Source of the DNA: Escherichia coli
GTDB lineage: Bacteria > Pseudomonadota > Gammaproteobacteria > Enterobacterales > Enterobacteriaceae
DNA: 64,000 nucleotides
Direction: 5' to 3' (one strand)
Assembly (NCBI RefSeq): GCF_022846255.1
Contig: NZ_AP025682.1
Positions 53,085 through 64,000 of the stretch are shown piece after piece. The notes under the pieces were generated by a model that was given only the letters and a program-made list of their open reading frames with translations, was not told the origin of the DNA and did no database searches. Both the position numbers and the translations under genes were made by a program. Each line of letters opens with the position of its first letter. Positions within the stretch are counted from its first letter, which is position 1.

Positions 53085-53893
53085 TGGAAACGTTTAATAG
53101 CCTGTTTATGGTTTCCCCGCTGCTGCTGGGAGTTCTCTTTTTTGTCGCCATGCTGGCGGGATTTATCGACTCGATTGCCGGTGGCGGTGGGTTACTCACC
53201 ATTCCGGCATTGATGGCGGCGGGGATGTCTCCGGCTAACGCGCTGGCAACCAATAAACTGCAAGCCTGCGGCGGCTCTATTTCCGCCACTATCTACTTTA
53301 TTCGCCGCAAAGTGGTTAGTTTAAGCGATCAGAAACTCAATATCGCCATGACCTTTGTCGGCTCAATGAGCGGCGCGCTACTGGTGCAGTATGTTCAGGC
53401 CGATGTCTTACGGCAGATTTTACCGATCCTCGTAATTTGTATCGGTCTTTATTTCTTACTGATGCCAAAGCTGGGTGAAGAAGATCGCCAGCGCCGGATG
53501 TACGGTTTACCCTTCGCGTTAATTGCAGGTGGTTGTGTCGGTTTTTACGATGGATTTTTTGGCCCGGCTGCCGGATCGTTTTACGCGCTGGCCTTCGTTA
53601 CGCTGTGCGGATTCAACCTCGCCAAAGCCACTGCTCACGCCAAATTACTTAACGCAACGTCAAACATTGGCGGTCTGCTGTTGTTTATTCTCGGCGGCAA
53701 AGTGATTTGGGCGACGGGCTTTGTGATGCTGGTGGGGCAGTTCCTCGGCGCGCGCATGGGTTCACGACTGGTGTTGAGCAAAGGACAAAAGCTGATCCGC
53801 CCGATGATCGTTATCGTCTCGGCGGTGATGAGTGCAAAATTACTTTACGATAGCCACGGACAGGAGATCCTCCACTGGTTGGGGATGAACTAA
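53084..53893 (+). CDS. yfcA: TauE/SafE-family inner-membrane protein YfcA (269 aa)
   Basis: Multi-TM ORF, in K-12 synteny. Confidence 0.93.
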   Translation: METFNSLFMVSPLLLGVLFFVAMLAGFIDSIAGGGGLLTIPALMAAGMSPANALATNKLQACGGSISATIYFIRRKVVSLSDQKLNIAMTFVGSMSGALLVQYVQADVLRQILPILVICIGLYFLLMPKLGEEDRQRRMYGLPFALIAGGCVGFYDGFFGPAAGSFYALAFVTLCGFNLAKATAHAKLLNATSNIGGLLLFILGGKVIWATGFVMLVGQFLGARMGSRLVLSKGQKLIRPMIVIVSAVMSAKLLYDSHGQEILHWLGMN

Positions 53894-54441
53894 TGAACAG
53901 TACACACCACTATGAGCAGTTGATTGAGATTTTTAATAGCTGCTTTGCCGATGAATTTAATACCCGTCTGATTAAAGGCGACGACGAACCGATCTATCTT
54001 CCTGCTGATGCGGAAGTACCGTATAACCGAATCGTCTTTGCTCATGGCTTTTATGCCAGCGCAATTCATGAGATTTCGCACTGGTGTATTGCCGGAAAAG
54101 CGCGCCGTGAGCAGGTTGATTTCGGCTACTGGTATTGCCCGGACGGTCGCGATGCCCAGACGCAAAGCCAGTTTGAAGATGTTGAAGTGAAGCCGCAGGC
54201 GCTGGACTGGTTGTTCTGCGTGGCGGCGGGATATCCGTTTAATGTTAGCTGCGACAATCTGGAAGGGGATTTCGAACCGGACCGCGTGGTGTTTCAACGG
54301 CGGGTACATGCGCAGGTAATGGATTATCTGGCAAACGGCATTCCCGAACGTCCGGCACGCTTCATTAAAGCACTACAAAATTATTATCACACGCCGGAAC
54401 TTACGGCGGAACAGTTCCCGTGGCCGGAAGCGCTCAACTGA
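53893..54441 (+). CDS. epmC: EF-P hydroxylase EpmC/YfcM (182 aa)
   Basis: MNSTHHYEQLIEIFNSCFADEFNTRLIKGDDEP... Confidence 0.93.
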   Translation: MNSTHHYEQLIEIFNSCFADEFNTRLIKGDDEPIYLPADAEVPYNRIVFAHGFYASAIHEISHWCIAGKARREQVDFGYWYCPDGRDAQTQSQFEDVEVKPQALDWLFCVAAGYPFNVSCDNLEGDFEPDRVVFQRRVHAQVMDYLANGIPERPARFIKALQNYYHTPELTAEQFPWPEALN

Positions 54442-54474
54442 AGCCAGCGCCACGTTTTACAATGAGGAAAGAAG

Positions 54475-54753
54475 ATGATCGCGGAGTTTGAATCACGCAT
54501 TCTGGCATTAATCGACGGTATGGTTGACCATGCCAGTGATGATGAGTTGTTTGCCAGTGGGTATTTGCGTGGCCACCTGACATTAGCCATCGCAGAACTG
54601 GAAAGTGGTGATGACCACTCCGCCCAGGCGGTACATACAACCGTTAGCCAGAGTCTGGAAAAAGCCATTGGCGCGGGTGAATTGTCGCCGCGTGACCAGG
54701 CGCTGGTTACCGATATGTGGGAACACCTGTTTCAGCAGGCCTCACAGCAGTAA
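54475..54753 (+). CDS. yfcL: YfcL (92 aa)
   Basis: [35 protein letters not shown]... Confidence 0.92.
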   Translation: MIAEFESRILALIDGMVDHASDDELFASGYLRGHLTLAIAELESGDDHSAQAVHTTVSQSLEKAIGAGELSPRDQALVTDMWEHLFQQASQQ

Positions 54754-54760
54754 GTTGTGA

Positions 54761-54858
<98 letters not shown>

Positions 54859-54873
54859 CAATGCCAAAGCAGA

Positions 54874-56946
<2,073 letters not shown>

Positions 56947-56957
56947 CTATTAATTGG

Positions 56958-56990
56958 CTGATCGGACTTGTTCGGCGTACAAGTGTACGC
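56958..56990 (+). promoter_or_regulatory. fabB promoter operators: FadR site followed by a FabR palindrome
   Basis: CTGATCGGACTTGTTC (FadR-like) is followed by GCGTACAAGTGTACGC (near-palindrome, FabR-like), ~50-80 nt upstream of fabB. Confidence 0.7.
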
Positions 56991-57038
56991 TATTGTGCAT
57001 TCGAAACTTACTCTATGTGCGACTTACAGAGGTATTGA

Positions 57039-58259
57039 ATGAAACGTGCAGTGATTACTGGCCTGGGCATTGTTTCCAGCATCGGTAATAACCAGCAGGA
57101 AGTCCTGGCATCTCTGCGTGAAGGACGTTCAGGGATCACTTTCTCTCAGGAGCTGAAGGATTCCGGCATGCGTAGCCACGTCTGGGGCAACGTAAAACTG
57201 GATACCACTGGCCTCATTGACCGCAAAGTTGTGCGCTTTATGAGCGACGCATCCATTTATGCATTCCTTTCTATGGAGCAGGCAATTGCAGATGCTGGCC
57301 TCTCTCCGGAAGCTTACCAGAATAACCCGCGCGTTGGCCTGATTGCAGGTTCCGGCGGCGGTTCCCCGCGTTTTCAGGTGTTCGGCGCTGACGCAATGCG
57401 CGGCCCGCGCGGCCTGAAAGCGGTTGGCCCGTATGTGGTCACCAAAGCGATGGCATCCGGCGTTTCTGCCTGTCTCGCCACGCCGTTTAAAATTCACGGT
57501 GTAAACTACTCCATCAGCTCCGCGTGTGCGACCTCCGCACACTGTATCGGTAACGCAGTAGAGCAGATCCAACTGGGCAAACAGGACATCGTGTTTGCTG
57601 GTGGCGGCGAAGAGCTGTGCTGGGAAATGGCTTGTGAATTCGACGCGATGGGTGCGCTGTCTACCAAATACAACGACACCCCGGAAAAAGCCTCCCGTAC
57701 TTATGACGCTCACCGTGACGGTTTCGTTATCGCTGGCGGCGGCGGTATGGTGGTGGTCGAAGAACTGGAACACGCGTTGGCACGTGGTGCTCATATCTAC
57801 GCTGAAATCGTTGGCTACGGCGCAACGTCTGATGGCGCAGACATGGTTGCTCCGTCTGGCGAAGGCGCAGTGCGTTGCATGAAGATGGCGATGCACGGTG
57901 TTGATACCCCAATCGACTACCTGAACTCCCACGGTACTTCGACTCCGGTTGGCGACGTGAAAGAACTGGCAGCTATCCGTGAAGTGTTCGGCGATAAGAG
58001 CCCGGCGATTTCTGCAACCAAAGCAATGACCGGTCACTCACTGGGCGCTGCTGGCGTACAGGAAGCTATCTACTCTCTGCTGATGCTGGAACACGGTTTT
58101 ATCGCCCCGAGCATCAACATTGAAGAGCTGGACGAGCAGGCTGCGGGTCTGAACATCGTGACCGAAACGACCGATCGCGAACTGACCACCGTTATGTCTA
58201 ACAGCTTCGGCTTCGGCGGCACTAACGCCACGCTGGTAATGCGCAAGCTGAAAGATTAA
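57039..58259 (+). CDS. fabB: 3-oxoacyl-ACP synthase I FabB (406 aa)
   Basis: [36 protein letters not shown]... with the active-site SSACATS context. Confidence 0.97.
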
Positions 58260-58265
58260 TTCGGA

Positions 58266-58301
58266 GTAGGTCGGATAAGACGCGCCAGCGCCGCATCCGA
58301 C
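58266..58301. repeat. REP element
   Basis: GTAGGTCGGATAAGACGCGCCAGCGCCGCATCCGAC. Confidence 0.8.
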
Positions 58302-58334
58302 GTTACGCGCCAATGCGGCCTCCGGCACTAACGC

Positions 58335-58361
58335 AAAAGGGAACCCGATGGTTCCCTTTTT
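58335..58361. terminator. Terminator downstream of fabB
   Basis: AAAA-GGGAACC-CGAT-GGTTCCC-TTTTT. Confidence 0.8.
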
Positions 58362-58520
58362 CACATCATTGACAATCGCCGCCAGTTCCAGGCAAACTTC
58401 CCGCTTTGTCGATTTCCTTCAGAAAAGACGTACGCGTTAAATCCTGCCAACGCACCGTAACCCTGAAACCAGAGAGATGAGACGGGGATACTCCTCGCCT
58501 TGCGCTGCATTCTGGAGTAA

Positions 58521-60694
<2,174 letters not shown>

Positions 60695-60792
60695 TACGTA
60701 TCCTTATACCTGAAATCTTCGCAAGTATGCCTGGCCGCGAGATTATGGCACACTTGTCTGGTTAACTCTCGTCTCATACAGGTAACACAAAC

Positions 60793-61929
60793 GTGAAAAT
60801 CCTTGTTGATGAAAATATGCCTTATGCCCGCGACTTATTTAGCCGTTTGGGTGAGGTGACCGCGGTTCCCGGGCGTCCAATTCCCGTCGCTCAACTGGCA
60901 GACGCGGATGCGCTTATGGTGCGTTCGGTCACGAAAGTGAATGAATCTTTGCTGGCAGGAAAACCCATTAAATTTGTTGGCACTGCCACCGCGGGGACCG
61001 ACCATGTCGATGAAGCATGGTTAAAGCAGGCGGGAATTGGTTTTTCCGCTGCACCTGGCTGTAATGCGATTGCGGTAGTGGAATATGTTTTCTCCTCCCT
61101 GCTGATGCTTGCCGAACGCGATGGATTTTCACTGCACGAGCGTACCGTGGGGATCGTTGGCGTTGGTAACGTTGGTCGTCGTTTACAGGCGCGACTGGAA
61201 GCTTTAGGGATCAAAACCTTACTTTGCGATCCGCCCCGCGCCGACCGTGGGGATGAGGGGGATTTCCGCTCGCTGGATGAATTAGTCCAGCATGCGGATA
61301 TTCTGACTTTCCATACGCCACTCTTTAAAGATGGTCCGTACAAAACGCTGCATCTGGCGGATGAAAAACTGATCCGTAGCCTGAAACCAGGAGCGATCCT
61401 GATTAACGCCTGCCGTGGCGCAGTCGTCGATAATACTGCCCTATTGACCTGTCTGAACGAAGGCAAGAAGTTAAGCGTAGTGCTGGATGTCTGGGAAGGC
61501 GAACCGGAACTCAACGTGGAATTGCTGAAAAAAGTGGATATCGGCACGCCGCATATCGCAGGCTATACCCTGGAAGGTAAAGCACGCGGTACTACGCAAG
61601 TGTTTGAAGCCTATAGCAAGTTTATTGGGCATGAACAACACGTTGCGCTGGATACGTTGCTGCCCGCGCCAGAGTTTGGCCGCATTACGCTGCATGGCCC
61701 GCTCGATCAACCGACGCTGAAAAGGCTGGTGCATTTGGTGTATGATGTGCGCCGCGATGACGCGCCACTGCGTAAAGTCGCCGGGATACCGGGTGAGTTC
61801 GATAAGCTGCGCAAAAACTATCTTGAGCGCCGTGAATGGTCATCTCTGTATGTGATTTGTGATGACGCCAGTGCGGCATCATTGCTGTGTAAACTGGGTT
61901 TTAACGCCGTTCATCATCCGGCACGTTAA
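60793..61929 (+). CDS. pdxB: Erythronate-4-phosphate dehydrogenase PdxB (378 aa)
   Basis: GTG start; [22 protein letters not shown]... with the [12 protein letters not shown] motif. Confidence 0.96.
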   Translation: MKILVDENMPYARDLFSRLGEVTAVPGRPIPVAQLADADALMVRSVTKVNESLLAGKPIKFVGTATAGTDHVDEAWLKQAGIGFSAAPGCNAIAVVEYVFSSLLMLAERDGFSLHERTVGIVGVGNVGRRLQARLEALGIKTLLCDPPRADRGDEGDFRSLDELVQHADILTFHTPLFKDGPYKTLHLADEKLIRSLKPGAILINACRGAVVDNTALLTCLNEGKKLSVVLDVWEGEPELNVELLKKVDIGTPHIAGYTLEGKARGTTQVFEAYSKFIGHEQHVALDTLLPAPEFGRITLHGPLDQPTLKRLVHLVYDVRRDDAPLRKVAGIPGEFDKLRKNYLERREWSSLYVICDDASAASLLCKLGFNAVHHPAR

Positions 61930-61994
61930 TCTCTTCTTCATGCTCTCTGCTGTAACATTGGCAGGGAGCTTTGCTATTTCTGGAGTAAACCACC

Positions 61995-63008
61995 ATGTCT
62001 GAAGGCTGGAACATTGCCGTCCTGGGCGCAACTGGCGCTGTGGGCGAAGCCCTGCTTGAAACGCTGGCTGAACGTCAGTTCCCGGTTGGGGAAATTTATG
62101 CACTGGCACGTAACGAAAGCGCAGGAGAACAACTGCGCTTTGGTGGTAAGACAATCACCGTGCAGGATGCCGCTGAATTCGACTGGACGCAGGCGCAGCT
62201 GGCGTTTTTTGTCGCAGGCAAAGAAGCTACCGCTACCTGGGTTGAAGAAGCGACCAACTCAGGTTGTCTGGTGATCGACAGCAGCGGATTGTTTGCTCTC
62301 GAACCCGACGTACCGCTGGTGGTGCCGGAAGTAAACCCGTTTATACTGACCGATTACCGCAACCGGAATGTCATCGCCGTACCAGACAGTCTGACCAGCC
62401 AGCTGCTGGCGGCACTGAAACCGCTAATTGATCAGGGCGGTTTATCACGTATCAGCGTTACCAGCCTGATTTCAGCCTCCGCCCAGGGCAAAAAAGCGGT
62501 CGATGCGTTAGCGGGGCAGAGTGCTAAATTACTCAATGGCATTCCGATTGACGAAGAAGATTTCTTCGGGCGTCAGCTGGCGTTCAACATGCTGCCGTTA
62601 CTGCCGGATAGCGAAGGTAGCGTGCGTGAAGAACGTCGTATCGTTGACGAAGTACGCAAAATCCTGCAGGACGAAGGGCTGATGATTTCGGCAAGCGTCG
62701 TCCAGGCACCGGTATTCTACGGTCATGCCCAGATGGTCAACTTTGAAGCACTGCGTCCGCTGGCGGCAGAAGAAGCGCGTGATGCGTTTGCTCAGGGCGA
62801 AGATATTGTGCTCTCTGAAGAGAACGAATTCCCGACTCAGGTAGGAGATGCTTCTGGTAGTCCGCATCTTTCTGTTGGCTGCGTACGTAATGACTACGGT
62901 ATGCCGGAGCAAGTCCAGTTCTGGTCGGTGGCCGATAACGTTCGCTTTGGCGGCGCGCTGATGGCAGTAAAAATCGCCGAGAAACTGGTGCAGGAGTATC
63001 TGTACTAA
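61995..63008 (+). CDS. usg: Aspartate-semialdehyde-dehydrogenase-like protein Usg (337 aa)
   Basis: [27 protein letters not shown]... Confidence 0.94.
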
Positions 63009-63820
63009 TGTCCGACCAGCAACAACCGCCAGTTTATAAAATTGCGCTGGGCATTGAGTACGACGGCAGTAGGTATTACGGCTGGCAACGGCAGAATGAA
63101 GTCCGCAGTGTGCAGGAGAAGCTGGAAAAGGCGCTCTCCCAGGTGGCGAACGAACCCATCACCGTCTTCTGCGCCGGGCGTACTGACGCAGGGGTACACG
63201 GTACCGGGCAGGTGGTGCATTTCGAAACGACCGCGCAGCGCAAAGACGCTGCGTGGACGTTAGGCGTAAATGCGAATTTACCTGGTGACATCGCCGTGCG
63301 TTGGGTTAAAGCTGTACCTGATGATTTTCATGCCCGATTTAGCGCCACGGCTCGCCGTTATCGCTACATCATCTACAATCATCGGCTGCGCCCGGCGGTA
63401 CTGAGTAAAGGAGTAACCCATTTTTACGAGCCGCTGGACGCTGAACGGATGCATCGGGCTGCGCAATGCTTGCTGGGCGAGAATGATTTCACCTCGTTCC
63501 GTGCGGTGCAGTGCCAGTCCCGGACCCCGTGGCGCAACGTTATGCATATTAATGTCACGCGTCACGGTCCTTATGTGGTGGTAGATATCAAAGCGAATGC
63601 CTTTGTACATCATATGGTCAGGAATATTGTCGGCAGCCTGATGGAAGTCGGTGCCCACAACCAGCCGGAGAGCTGGATAGCAGAGTTGCTGGCGGCAAAG
63701 GACAGAACGCTGGCGGCAGCAACGGCAAAAGCGGAAGGGCTATATCTGGTCGCGGTGGATTACCCTGACCGATATGATCTTCCAAAACCGCCAATGGGCC
63801 CGCTATTTCTGGCGGACTAA
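63008..63820 (+). CDS. truA: tRNA pseudouridine(38-40) synthase TruA (270 aa)
   Basis: ...[19 protein letters not shown]... carries the catalytic Asp motif. Confidence 0.96.
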
Positions 63821-63902
63821 CGAGAATAATGCTCGGAACATTTCAGGCTGTAGCCAACGTAGTTACAGCCTGATAGATGACGAGTACAAGGCATAGGCAA
63901 AT

Positions 63903-64000
63903 ATGGACCTGATTTATTTCCTCATCGATTTTATCCTGCACATTGACGTGCATCTGGCAGAGCTGGTCGCGGAGTACGGCGTCTGGGTTTATGCCATTTT
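63903..64000 (+). CDS. dedA: DedA inner-membrane protein, 5' part (cut by the window end)
   Basis: [32 protein letters not shown]... Confidence 0.9.
   Translation, partial: MDLIYFLIDFILHIDVHLAELVAEYGVWVYAI

Noticed and set aside
57129-58037. 302-aa ORF antisense to fabB, and similar antisense ORFs at 19284..20096, 44562..45332, 51528..52121 and 60891..61547
   Set aside because: These are shadow ORFs inside strongly supported genes on the other strand.

Overview
This is Escherichia coli chromosomal DNA in two parts. (1) Positions 1 to ~33654 hold the right-hand ~33.6 kb of a mosaic lambdoid prophage inserted at tRNA-Arg argW; its left end lies outside the window. In order it carries: a DLP12/PA-2-like nin region (ybcN/ninB-like, ninE, ybcO, rusA, ylcG-like, Q); an antisense porin moron (nmpC/lc-like) with an ipeX-like 3' UTR; a phage-21-type lysis cassette (pinholin, SAR endolysin, Rz with embedded Rz1); an unknown moron at the bor position; a lambda-type cos site; an almost complete lambda-type head and tail module (nu1 through J); lom; a mosaic stf; tfa; a cargo region; and a KplE1/CPS-53-type integrase (intS) next to argW. 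(2) Positions 33655 to 64000 are conserved core genome: argW, yfdC, mlaA, fadL, yfcZ, fadI, fadJ, sixA, the yfcVUSRQPO chaperone-usher fimbrial operon, smrB, prmB, aroC, mepA, yfcA, epmC, yfcL, mnmC, fabB, yfcJ, flk, pdxB, usg, truA and the start of dedA. FadR/FabR operators and REP elements are recognisable. The best candidate for something undescribed is the prophage cargo region between tfa and intS (29.0-32.3 kb). It contains an AT-rich, self-contained promoter-gene-hairpin moron encoding a 479-aa polytopic membrane protein with lipase/esterase-type serine-hydrolase motifs. Next to it is a reverse-oriented, small-molecule-type SAM methyltransferase cassette bracketed by 144-bp direct repeats of the tfa 3' end. 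Both sit between junction sequences that I recall from the lambda b region, where lambda carries ea47 and ea31/ea59. Other notable points: two apparently inactivating lesions in the otherwise lambda-like morphogenesis genes (a 1-nt deletion in nu1 and an in-frame amber in C); a cosN overhang that differs from lambda's; a replaced J receptor-binding C-terminus; and an unknown 124-aa moron after Rz. No CRISPR arrays, rRNA genes or IS/transposase genes were seen. All homology statements come from reading the translations and from memory of reference sequences; no searches were run.
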